DNA of 63,874 nucleotides, counting the filler, from Basidiobolus ranarum (lineage: Eukaryota), in NCBI GenBank assembly GCA_040143965.1. It is 3 parts of 3 records of this genome, joined end to end, with 100 filler letters (N's around TTAATTAATTAA, not from the genome) between each part and the next. Parts side by side here need not be neighbours in the genome. Positions count along the whole stretch, not along the records: positions 21,400 to 42,588 come from JASJQH010007086.1; 2 more parts are not named here. The stretch is one strand, 5' to 3'. A program made the position numbers and the translations under genes. How positions within the stretch are numbered: position 1 is the stretch's first letter; every line of letters starts with the position of its first letter. Below, piece after piece: positions 25,201 through 37,780 of the stretch. The notes beneath the pieces were generated by a model that saw only the letters and a program-made list of their open reading frames with translations, had not been told where the DNA came from and ran no database searches.

Positions 25201-26849
25201 TTTTCTCCCATTGCTAAGTTTATCTCAATCAGAGTAACCCTAGCCATTGCTACCTACCAAGGAATGATGATTGAACAAATGGATGTCAAAACAGCATTTC
25301 TTAATGGAGAAATTGATGAAGATATATACATGGATCAACCAGAGGGATATATTGCAAAATGAAAAGAGCATCAAGTATGCAAACTACAGAGAAGTCTATA
25401 TGGTCTGAAATAGGCTCCTCATGCATGGAATACCAAAATCAATCAGATTTTCATGAAACATCTTTTCCATTATATCAAAGTTGATCACTGCATATATTTC
25501 AAGACCATCAAAGCCACCAAAGTTATAGTTGCTCTCTCTGTTGATGATATCATAATAGTTAGTTATTGCCCAACTCTGATGAAACAAACTAAGACCTGTA
25601 GTTTGAAGTGCAAGATCTTGGATCACTAGCATATTGTACTTGAATGCAGATACATCAAAATTCCACTATTGGAACACTCTGTATTACACATGAAAATTAT
25701 ATTGGAGATGTTTTAAACCTATTCACCAAGTCACAATGTGAAACAGCTTCAAATCTACTATGTATGCTGAAACTCACTAAGGATATGCAACCAAAGACCT
25801 CTGAAGATATTGAAACCTTGAAACATATTCTTTACCATAGTACAGTTGGAAGTCTCATATATGCAACAACTGGTACTAGGCCTGATATTGCTAAAGCAGT
25901 AAGCATAGTAAGCAAATATATGGAAATTCCTGCAATGCAACATTGGATAGCTGTGAAACAGATAATATGCTATCTAAAAGGAACAATACATCATTGAATT
26001 CAATTTGGTAAGCAGTACAACATGTCACTTATTTTGGAAGAATATGCTGCTGCAGACTGGGCTAACAATACAGAAGACCATAAATCCAGGACTGGATATG
26101 TGTTTAAGCTTGCAGGTGGCCTAATAAGCAGGATTAGCAAGAAACTACAAACTGTTGCATTATCAACTACAGAAGCAGAATATATGGTATGCACTATGGC
26201 TGTTCAAGGAGCTATATGGCTAAGGAGTCTTTGCAAGGAACTAGGATATATTCAAGTTAATCCTACCCCAATATATATCAAGATAATATTAGTTGAATTC
26301 AAATGACCAAAAATCCTGAGCATCACTCAAGGATGAAACACATTGACATAAGACATCACCTTATACAAGAGAAAGTTCAACACAAAGAAGTAAACTTTAT
26401 TTATTGTAATACTGAAAACATGCTTGCAGATGTACTAACAAAACCACTCAAAACTTCAAGCTTTGAGAAGTTAAGAGCAGGAGGAGGCATTAGTGAATAT
26501 AAGCGCAATGCTGAATAAGAATTAAGGGAAGGTGTTGGATAATTGATCTTTATTCAACATCATAGTTAACTTTAGTTATGATACATATATCAGAAACAGA
26601 AAGCAAAGTTTCTATAGCCCATATTTTCTAAATAGAAATATCTCTATAACTATATGACAAATATGTATTATTACCCTCACTTATCTATTATATCTTATTA
26701 CACAAACTCCCAAATATCTCAAACAATTGATTTACTCTTCTTCTATATAAGTCACCTTATACTCCTAAGATTAAAGTAACTAAAGCACACTATCATAAGT
26801 TGCTTCTAATACCCAGAGTCTGCCCCCATTATGTCAAGATCCTCCAACA
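22221..26849 (+). mobile_element. Second Ty1/copia family (C), degenerate, with truncated 5' LTR and a gag/PR deletion
   Basis: FNGEDFRKWKFKM gag, DLIHTDLCGPM and EQNGVAERINRTL integrase, WYKARLVVKGYAQ and QMDVKTAFLNG RT, ALSTTEAEY and KHIDIRHH RNase H. Bases 22221-22278 match the end of the 3' LTR. Confidence 0.92.
26533..26849 (+). repeat. Copia family C 3' LTR
   Basis: TGTTGGA...TCCAACA inverted ends; preceded by the purine tract AAGGGAAGG. Confidence 0.88.
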
Positions 26850-26878
26850 GATTATATGACTATTTAGCTGCAGGAGAG

Positions 26879-27223
26879 TGTCAAAATTAGCATTGCCTAA
26901 GCATCTACATAGCCATATATAGCCTAGTACTTAGTTATCTTAGATATCACTAAGATATTATTCATTATTCTCTATCAAAATTTTCTTAAAATATTTTTAC
27001 CTACCCAGAAGTTCTCAGATCAGCAGGTTTTCAAACTTGTGCCAGAAGCCCAAACTTTGCGCTCTTGTTCCTTGGACCTTCCTTCGCACTTTCTACACAT
27101 TAGCTTGTTTACATCTTGACAAAACTATAAGTGTCAACTTTCTACTCAATAAATCTATAAGTGAAAACAACCAATTCCACTAATTCTTGAAACCACTTCT
27201 GCAAGGCTGCAAGTACTTTAACA
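26879..27223 (+). repeat. LTR of family B, probably a 3' LTR remnant
   Basis: TGTCAAAATTAGCATTGCC...TACTTTAACA; homologous to the solo LTRs at 47856, 48573 and 61284; purine-rich AGGAGAG just upstream. Confidence 0.85.
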
Positions 27224-30066
27224 TAGTTTACCCAATATTTTCACCCAACACAGTCATAGACTTATCTGTATTGTTCTTGATTGCCTCACTTGCCAAAAAA
27301 ATGAGAAACAGAGTGAAATTTTAAGTTAATGCAAAATTGCAGCTATTGTGTTATCAACACAAACTTCATCAAACCATGTTTCCTTTTGCATTTATGATGT
27401 GTATCCCAATCTCAAAACATGCATTGCATCCATGTTATATTTTGTGGAATAAACAAGCTGTATCAGTATTAGTTGGAGATTGCTATAGTTATAAATTGCT
27501 ATGATATCATACCTAGTTACAGTGGTTTAGCCATGATGTCCACAGCTACAGTGTCATCAATATAGAAGCCATCAAATCAGAATTTTGCAGCATTTAAACA
27601 TTGAGGGTAACAACATGATCAGGTGAATATCTATGAGAGAGTGACAGCAAAAACCAAAGTCTATTATTAACAATGCAACAATCCCTATTCATTACCTTCA
27701 CAATTCAACTGGTCTTGGCTATGTACAGACATTTGCAAATGGGTTGAAGTGTTAAATGTGCCAAATTAACAGTACAATTTGGTGATTTTGTGCTCTGCCT
27801 AAAGTAATTTGACACATGATTGGTTATTCATTTGATTAGATAAAGACTGTAACTTTGAATGGTGTTTCTAGTCAGGTCAAAATGCAAAGGTAACTTATCC
27901 TTTGACTGTGCTTAAGTAAGAATATATCTCTACCAGTATTGATGTCATTGGGTTAGTTATTCATCCAAAACATCTATTGAATGTTCACCTTACAAAACCC
28001 AACTTATCTGATGTAGCTTAGCTCAAAGTTTGTGACTTAGAACATACATATTGTTGTCCCACTCTATCTCAATGTTTAGCAAACAAAAATTCTTTGTGGA
28101 CTCCAGAAATCTGAACCTTTGAAAGAAGGTCTTACCCATATAGTTATACTGAGAACAAGGGTTAGAATCATCAGCATGAAAACACTTGACTCATTCATAC
28201 AAAGTCATTAGTTTAAGTAGTATTCATTTGTTATATTAATAACCATTTGGATAAATGCTTGCTATATTACAACATTGGTAATAATGCGTAACTCTTGAAT
28301 GTAATAATGTTGGTCTTGTAAATCAACCTAGACAAGTGATTTTCTCAATCCCATTGAGGATGCAAAAAAAAGTTCAACTAGTCCATGATTTTCCAGTTGG
28401 TTTCAAGGATATAATGGATGTGTTGCAGCTTAATAAACAAGGTTTTATTGATTGTGATAATGATGGATTTGGCCTAGGGTTGAAAAATAATGCAACCTGC
28501 TATTATTAAACGGTATTTAAAACTGCTTATGCTATATTAAAGCTCTATAATGCATGTGTTTCACTCTGTTTATTAAATGTGATAAAAATGTCAATATAAA
28601 TCCAAAAAATCATGATATTTCAGACTAACATGAATAAATACCCCCAATGTGTCTTAGCCTAACAACACTGAAGATCTTTATCGCCCATCAAGCTGTAAAT
28701 CAATGTAACTTACTCTCAGTGGTGATCACTGAGTACTGGAGTCATCCCATCAAAGAATTATTGAGTAGTACAATACTATACATCTGTTTTTGGTGCTTTA
28801 ATCTAGAGATATAACTATAATGTTATTGGTTCTGGTTCAATATTTTCTAAATTAATTGTTTGATACTTGAGCAGATGTGACATTAAGATTGAATTAGGTA
28901 CTAGCTTAATTTAATTTTAACTCAAATACTCCATAGAATTAATACTCCTTGTACAAGTATCTCACCCCTACAATGAAAGAAGGGGAGAAACAAAAGGAAC
29001 TAATCAAGAATATTGAGTTAGTATCATGAAAGTAACAATTAACCATTAACAATGGCTCCATGAAAGAGCTGCATGATCTTGCTGCAACAGGATTGTAGGA
29101 GTGGAGAATATGATTGATGTCATTCCAGTCATTATTGAACCTGGACACCTTGTTCATTGGTCTATGTTAAGCTAACATTTTGAATAAACTTAAACAATGA
29201 AGCAACTTAGATTTCCAGTTTTCTATGTGATAATATTTTAATAAATATATGCATTTGATGATTTCAAATGTTGTTTAAAGAGTTGCTAGAGCAAAGGTGA
29301 AACAGTACAATCAGTAGTTATTGATTTAATGGCAGTAATCATATGGTCAATTCAAAATGGATCAAATTGTGACAGGTTTCTTGCAATAACAATTTACAAA
29401 TTTCAGTTAGGGAAGTATTTCTGTATCAAGATAAAATAAATATATGTGAGCAATACAACATATGGGCAATTGATATAAACTTATTCCCAATTAGGATACA
29501 GGGGCCATATATACTTTACTTTCTGCTTCTGATAGCTTTATCTTAACTCAAGTTAATTGAGATGTAGAATGTAAATTATTTAGCCAACAAATATGGGCTT
29601 TAACATGCCTAGTGTTGTGACCAGCTTCTAATGATAACTTATAACTTAAACTGAACAAGCCATCTTACTCATCCTTTCAACAGTCACAGAGAGTTTGCTA
29701 TATATGATAAAGTGGCAACAGTCCTTTATTCAAAAAGAATTTGCCAGGCAATATATCCAAAGTTAAAATACAATAACTTGTATGGATAAATTGTACAATC
29801 CGTGATAGTTTGGGTACAAAAGCAGAAAGTTTTATTCAACTTGACCAAACCAGGGCTTCCAATTTGATATGTTATTGATTCCCATCTTGACACTTTTGGC
29901 CTGACAATAGTGTTGATAGCATCTAAAGCACTCAAGCTTATGTTAAAGCATAAGCTTTAGGAACTTGACATTTAGTAGCATTAACAAGCACAATGCAAGT
30001 TCAAATCATCTGATGACAATGATAGATCTATATTGAATATGTCAAAAAGATACAAGTCAACTCATA

Positions 30067-32250
30067 TTGGTCATTAGATTGTGGCAGAAAGGTTTCAAAG
30101 ATCAACTATTAATATGTACTCAATCTGCAGAGCTGCTGGAATTCTTTGATGAAGCTGGATGGCAACCATTCTTTCTCACATCATATATAGATACAACATT
30201 TTACTTCAGAATTATAACAAGTGAAAATATTTGTATTTCCTCAGTTAATCACCTACATTTGTTGTTAACTCATATCTCTAAAGGTTCCAACTGAGTTCAT
30301 TCAATATAGTACAAGAGAATAACTGCTCAGAGCACCAGATCAATCCTATAAATACAGAGTAAGGTAACACAAAACTGTTAGTTAGAATCACTTAACTTCA
30401 AGAATACCATTACTCATGTATATTTTAATGTTTTCACAAATATATTCCTAAATAACATATGGTACCACTCCCAGCTCTTATATAACCAATTCATTATTGA
30501 AACTATAGCAAGTAATACTTTTAGCAAATTGAATCAGAGACTTATCTGCCTCCTCAACATTAAGAGTTGTCAGAATGTAGTGCCCAACATAAATATAAAA
30601 TTACCATCTTGGGTAATGATTGTATTAATAAATGAAAGAAAAACTATTTGGTGCCGTGTGGCCACTTCTCTCTATATATCTGTTATATTCAAAGTGTATA
30701 TCTATTTGCAGAAAATCAGCTCATTGATCCAGCCCTGCAGATATTCCAGAAATATTCACCTATGCATAGAAAAAGTGGGCATGCCAGACTAGCAATTTTG
30801 TACTAAGGTTTACTCATAAATACCAACTTACTGGGCTTAGACTTAATCAGAATTGAGCTATGAATCATCATCTGAAATCTTATCAAATCTAACATTTTAT
30901 AGCAGATTAACTCAGAGAGTGGCTGAAGGCTAGTTTACATTGTGTCACTATTTGATTGGTAACTGTGAGCAATACTTTAAAATCAGATAACCTACTTATT
31001 GATCATGACTAAGGCACATGGGCCTAGAAGAATCAACCACAATACTTTGATATAACTTGATAGTCACCAAATGGCTCAGAGTCAAGCTATACTGCTACAA
31101 TAGAAGAAAATGCTTTCAATGGATGCAAATTTGTATTATTCAATAGTATTTATAAAATAGGAGACCAAGCCAAAGGCAACAGAGTCAAAGAATCAACTAG
31201 GGCCTCACTGTAGAAACCTAGGTGATTAATTATAGCATCAGGCTAAGAATGCAAGGTACAAAACTTGAATATGTTATTTAAAGGATTTCTGGCAAAAAAG
31301 TGGTAGATTCATGCTTTCCCAATGTTTACAAGCCTGATTCTAGGTGAGGAAATCTAATGGCCTGTAGCTTAGTATAATGGTGTTGCTCACATACTTTATG
31401 TGATTTAGATTTGTTAAGAAATTTAAGTTATTTGATTAATGAGTGGAAAGAAAGTTGTAATCCAAAAGTCAAGAACAAAGAATTTAAGTCAAGTAAGCAG
31501 TGAATAGGAAAATAAGTGTGTAACAGCACCATTGGTAGCCACCAACAAATGCCCAAAATTGTAGTACCTTGATTCAAGTAGTTTACAGCATGTACAATTC
31601 CAGAAACCATCATTTTGTAACTAAACACCAATAAAAACTATATTTAGCTGATTGAATAATACCCAGAATCAATCTGAAACACTAAAAAAGAAGCAAAATC
31701 AGACAATTCAGTCTATTTTTGATAATTGGAATGGATGAAGTAGGTTCATACTCATAAAGCTACTTGGGCAGGTTATATCAGCCAATTTTCACACTGCTTT
31801 GATCCAAGGAGAGCCTCAACTTCCAAAACAACTTATCACAGAAACCTGTTGACTTCACCACTAACTAATTTCAACTCAATATACATCAAACTAACATTCA
31901 TCAAGTTTTGTAATTCATTTTCTAACTCTCAGCATGCTTTATATCAGCAAGTTACAAGAAACAAGAGTTCTGTCAAAATACAATTGAAAATTCCATTCAA
32001 ATTATAAACTTGATGGTTTATGGCAATTATTGTAAACTAACATTGCTGGAGCAAGGAATTGAAGCAGCATTGACAACCAAAGCACCTCCTGTCTTAAATG
32101 TCAAAGTCAGAAAGGATTTTCTTGCAGCATGTTTAATAGGAAGCAAACCCAAATTTGCTTAGAAGTTCTATAAGCAATGCCAGACAGTTGGTCATAATTC
32201 AACAGATATTGTTGTGCAAATATAAAGTGCCCATACAATTTTTAATGCCA
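30067..32250 (+). mobile_element. Possible highly decayed MULE-type transposase remnant
   Basis: Only weak cues: LLICTQS..LLE...YIDTTF resembles the start of a MULE DDE core, and KQCQTVGHNS near 32170-32200 resembles the C-terminal knuckle. Confidence 0.25.
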
Positions 32251-34455
32251 TGCATGTATAAAGTGTAAGCAACAGTACTCCATATATTGGAAGCTCCTTG
32301 TTACTATTGCCACAATACCCTTGTAAAGTTAAATTTTAAGATTTCTGATTAGTCTTTTTACTATCAATATGTCTATACAATCATTTTATAGTGAGAAAGC
32401 TCCTTGTATCTCTGCAAATATGGAGGTAAATATTCAGCTAAAGTAATATAGAGTGAAATAAGTCTCCATCACTAAACTTTGTGAGACTAAACTTAGTTTA
32501 TGCATGCAAACCCTCACTACCAATTTTAAGATAACCTGTGCTTTTCAATAATGAGCTGCATATATAGAATATCTCATCTAATAAAATATATATAGCAAAA
32601 TCTGGCACTATGGCAAGAGAAAGGTTTCTAATTAGTGATATGGGAAAATTCACAGTAAAAGCTTCAAGAAGTAAACATGTGCAAGTTAGAGGACTAACTG
32701 ATTGTTTTGAAGTACAAGAGTAAGTACGTTCATAATGAAAAGTTTGGAGTTAAAGTGCTATGGGTCATCAGTGAATATTGCAAACAATATATCCTATAAT
32801 TGGATAATGGCCTCAGTAATTATCTTTTGGGTTCTAAACAATAACAAAAATCCTTACAGCATTGGTGAATTTATATACTTAACACTATTTCAGGCTACCA
32901 TGCTGACTGAGATTGTAACTAGCATAGGTAGAATGTTTGACCAACCTTGTCTGTGTATACAACACTATACCTGTGCATTACCATCACCAGTGTTTTTTTA
33001 GATGATGTTACAGCTAAACCTGGCATGGGCTTAGATGTTGATTCAGGCAGGAAAAGCAAATATATGAATATACAAAAGTCCAGTAGTAGTATGGTTCATA
33101 CTTTGATAGAGGCAATAAAGAGGGGGCACTAACAACATGCAGCTACTGACTATCCATCACTGCTTGTGCCATCCTGCATATTTTTGTTGAAATGTTTGCT
33201 GTACTAGTTGTGTCTTGACATCAAATATATGCTCTATTTTCCTCAGTCTTTAGGTTGCTCAAGTGTTAATGGTAAGTTATTCCCTATCTATGCAATTCTT
33301 AGTAATTGTAGTTGTTGATTAGTCTTTTTCATTTGTTGACTTTGCTTTATGAATCTCCCATATTGATTGCTCCTTGGTATTGTACCCCTCATTTTTGACC
33401 AGTGGTCTCTTACACTTCAAAGACTTTGCATTATATGATTGCTACACTAGCGGCTTCTTTGCATCACCTTCTTTGGCTTTGGCTGGTAGTTTACAGGTCT
33501 TACTTAACTCTGTTCTTAAGTACTTTAGAAGTGCTCCTGCAATTATCATCCATCTTATATTAGACCTGTTCCATTGGACCAGGTCAGATTGTGCTGCTCA
33601 ATCCAGCCTGCTAGTACACCATCTGGCACAATCTGTCAATTATCATGGCTGGGTCCTATAACACTTGATTGGACACTGTAAGGAACAATATGGCACTATC
33701 CCACCACAATCAGACACGATGATTTTTTTGGAGATATCATGCCAGCCCATACCAAGTTACCCAATTTAGTATTGCCGAATTACAATTTGGGTAACTGACA
33801 AAGTAAGTTCATCCCCTAGTTTGTAACTTACAAATTACTGAATGTGTAACAACAAACAGTTTATACTGTAACTTACCCAATCAAATGTATAACCGAGACA
33901 TTCACATGCTTTTAGGCCAATCAATTGTCCCTCACTAACACAGTATCCTGATTTTCAATTGGGCACAGCAGCTCCTGCATTACAAAACACCAGTAGTTTT
34001 GGCACACCAGTGACAAATCACAGCACTTGATGGATCAATCTGCAGTATGATAGTAGTGATCAGGATTGCTTGATTCATCATTTTTAGATTGGCAAATTAT
34101 TTATTCAATCATGTAAGCTTCTAATTGGGTGAAAATGTGCACAGATTGAGCCATATCAAGCCAATATGGCTGCGCAAGCTTTTTATTGACAGACATTTTT
34201 CATTTGATTGTAGTGAAATTGCTGGTATTAATAGGCTATCATTGAGTTTTTTGATATATGACAATTTCATGCTATCAGTGTTTCATAAACACATAGGCAA
34301 TCATGATCTAACTAAAGCAGTTTATGCTATATTTAACTGCAATCCAGATTGATTTTGCATGATGTGCTAAACAGTAAAGATAGGATAATGTAAGTATTAA
34401 CAAGAGTATTCAGCAGTTGCCTAGGTTTGAAGCAATACATGGTGATTTGCCACTG

Positions 34456-36512
34456 CTACTTTTGTTGTCTACTTGATATTTCCATGGCAGGAACTTTGCT
34501 TGAATCTCTGCGCTGAGTTGGTTGGTTTGATCCTGCTGAAGTTCCTCTATCTTGGCCAGCACAAACTGTGGCTTGAGGTTGATGCACTGTGGTATATGTT
34601 GGCTTGTCTGGTCTAGTTTGAGGTTCATTTGTATCTACAGTCTCTTCTTCAGATGTGGAGCCTTCACTTAATGGGTCAACCAGCCATTGCTTCTGGCACG
34701 CAGCTCTACACGTCAACCTGGAATGTCTCACTTGAGGTTCATGCTTGACAATTATTGCTTCTTCAACCACGGTAGAAGCTTCATCTCTTTTGAATGGCCA
34801 ACATGACCTCTGTTGTAAGACAGAACGTGTTGGAGCAAGTTTTCTACCTTGAGGTTTGTGCGTGACAGTTATTGCTTCTTCAGCCATGGTGGAATCTTCA
34901 TCTCCTTTGACTGGCCATGACTGTGGTTACATGGCAGTACGTGTTGGAGCAAGTTGTCTACCTTGGGGTTTGTGTTTGACAGTTCTTGCCTCTTCCACCA
35001 TGGTAGAAGCTTCATCTCTTTTGACTGGCCATAACCACAGTTGCATGGCAGTACATGTTGGAGTGAGTCTTCTACCTTGTGGTTTATGTTCTGTGGTTAT
35101 TGCTTCTTCAATCACAGTGGAAGCTTCATCTCTTTTGACTGGCCATTGCTGTGGTCACATCCCAGTATGTGTTGGAGCAAGTCATATACCTTGAGGTTTG
35201 CATTTGGCAGCTCTTGCCTCTTCAACCATGGTAGAAGCCTGATATCTTTCAATTGGCCACCGTGACCTCTGTTGCATGGCAGAATGCATTGGAGCATATC
35301 ATCTACCTTGAGGTTTGTGTTTGACTGTTGTGACTTCTTCAGGCTCAGTAAGAGCTTCACTATCTCTCTCAAACACCTGTTGTCTTGGTCTCATGGGGGT
35401 ATGCATAGTAGTGGATTGCTGTCTTAGTAGATCGCTCTCAGGTGTCAGATCTTCATCCAACAAAGTGGAAGAAACTGTTCTTGCGGTGGGCCTTTGTTGT
35501 TGTCATGGGGTTGTACACATTAAACCGGTATTTCTTTCTGGTGGCATGAGCCTTGGAGCTGACTCTTCTCCAGATGTAAAAGCCCATTGGTTGGTTTGGT
35601 TGAATCAGGTAAATGGCACACTACAATGCATGAAAATGCAGGCCATCCTCTTTCTGGTTCTTCATTGACTGCTTGCTCTTCATTAAATATGGGAGCAACA
35701 TCACAGACTGTTCCAAGCTGGCATTGCTGTCAACATGTACTACTAGCTGATGAACCAACTTGTTGGGCTCTTGCCCTTGTTGGAGGTGTTACCTCAGTTC
35801 CAGTGGTGAGTTGTGTAGATTCTTCTTGTGAAATAGATACCTTGGCAGGAGTCTCTTCAATTTGAAGTGATCTAGTATGTCTCTGCAATAGTCTACACTG
35901 CTCCAATTTGCCTTTGGGAATATCTTCTGATTCAATAAATTGTCTTGCTCTTCTCTTTACACCTCTGTTGATTACTCTTGCCGTAGTGTCCTGAAATGTT
36001 GTTTTGAACTCTGCAACCTCCATCAACAGTTGCTGCAAAGTCTCATTGAGCAGTGGTAGATATACATTTAGAGCATCTTTTGTCTCTAAAATTGAGGCTG
36101 CAACAGTTGCTTCTGGTCCATAAAAGCAAAAATGCAATTGGAATTGTGTCTTTATGGACTCAAAATCAAAATTCCTATTTCTCAATTCATGCTTTCTATC
36201 CTCATGAGTCTTATTGTATATTTTCTTGCAGACATCTGAAGGCATGAAGATATAGTATGCTCTCCAAAGCAGAGTTGAAAGTTGCTTCCACTCTTGTCTA
36301 ATGCCCCCTTCCCCAGCTTCTGTCAAGTTTATCAATAACTCCCATATATCCAAGCAAGAATTCATAGTGGATACCTGGGCATCTGTAACATCATTAGGCG
36401 CATGCTGCTTTGTGCTGCCCACACTTTCATCTGACTGCACATGTGAAATTTTTGAAGTGGTGGTTTCCTGTACCAAAGTAGGTTGTGAATCAGGAAGAAT
36501 CTGCTTTGACAT
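34456..36512 (-). pseudogene. Accessory gene of the Pangu-like element; unknown protein with C-terminal 38/39-aa repeats
   Basis: 260-aa ORF 35730-36512 continues through stops and a frameshift into repeat-coding frames 34927-35115 and 34456-34887. Confidence 0.7.
34617..35340 (-). repeat. Six or more tandem 114/117-bp coding repeats
   Basis: Unit spacing 114, 117, 114, 114, 114, 117 bp; approximate consensus EEAITVKHKPQGRRLAPTRTAMQxxxWPVKRDEASTMV. Confidence 0.9.
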
Positions 36513-36845
36513 GATACGTAACTACCATATATGTCTATGATGTCAGACTTTATTGGTTTCAATCAGAATTAGGGATCTTTTTATATCATTGGTTAAAATG
36601 TCAAAGTTAATTTCCTATAGTGTGATCAAGCATAATGCATTCTGCTTGGAGCCGTTTTGATATATACACTAAATGAATTGATTTGGATTGAACTATGATT
36701 AACTTTGCTGATGCAGTTTATTATATAATTTTCATGCAATTAAACATAATTGAAATAATTAGGATAATAAATGCAAACAGAAATTTTACTATACAGAATG
36801 TAGGGAATTTTACCATGATAATTGAAATTCTTAGATAAATAACTC

Positions 36846-37780
36846 ATGCGCGCCAGATCAATCAGTATTGTGCCAGCTCAATACAAGATTAATATCATGC
36901 TCTCCATCCACTCTAACTGGTCATTCCTCATTAATCCAAAAGCAACTACTGGCTTTCCTATCACCACCCTAGAGGCTATATTTGAGAAATACTGTGGCTC
37001 ATGTACTCCAATACCTACCAGAAAGCAGCTAGTCAATTTGTTTTGTTACTATAAAAACTATTGTCTAGACAGATTTCAGTGCACTATTAATGGTTGCAGA
37101 AGTGGGAGAAGCTTCCATACCAGGCTTCAAGTAAGTGAGAATTATCTAGCTTCAGTGATGAATGATGTTCAAGATGCCTGGGACAAAAGATTTAGAGACT
37201 CTATTTTCTTCCATTTCCTGGAGTATTTCCCAATAGAGTTCATATCAGAAATATTCTTGACACATTTCCAGTCAGAATTAACAGGCCCAAAAGCAACCAA
37301 AGGCTATTCTATTCTGGCAAGTACAAAGCCCACTGTGTAAAGTTCCAGGCTTTGACAGATCTGGAAGGAAACCTTATTTGGTTTAGTTGGCCACATGCAG
37401 GGAGACACCATGACAAAAAGCTTTGGGTTGAGAGGCATGCACCATTTGTAAGATATGAGAAGACTATGGCCGATTTGGCATATGTTGGGGAAGAATGCAG
37501 ATGGCTAGGATGTGTCACTGCAAACAAGAGGCCCAGAGGAGGGATACTCACAGAAAGGCAAAAGCTTTATAATGACATTTTTTCCCATTTTTGAGCAGGA
37601 GTAGAACATAGCTTTGGTTTCCTAAAGAGATATAGCATTGTAGCAGGAAAGTATAGAGGAAAATCATTTTGTGGGCCTCAATCAAAGTTAGGCAAAGTAG
37701 TCAAAATCTTGATTAATTCTCAATACATCCATACTCAAAGATATCCATTGAGAGCTCTAAACTTAAGACACTATGAATAA
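36846..37780 (+). pseudogene. DDE_Tnp_4-like (IS5/ISL2/Harbinger-type) transposase with one frameshift and one premature stop
   Basis: Joined frames give ILDTFPVRINRP..Q..FYSGKYKAHCVKFQALTD.EG, PHAGRHHD, MADLAYVG, YNDIFSHF(*)AGVEHSFGFLK. Frameshift near 37200; TGA at 37592 falls at the conserved Arg position. Confidence 0.88.

Noticed and set aside
34617-35340. CRISPR-like array
   Set aside because: Whole units are homologous with no unique spacers, lengths are multiples of three, the context is eukaryotic and there are no cas genes.
34856-35865. Plus-strand ORFs of 74-117 aa
   Set aside because: Antisense shadows of the minus-strand accessory gene.
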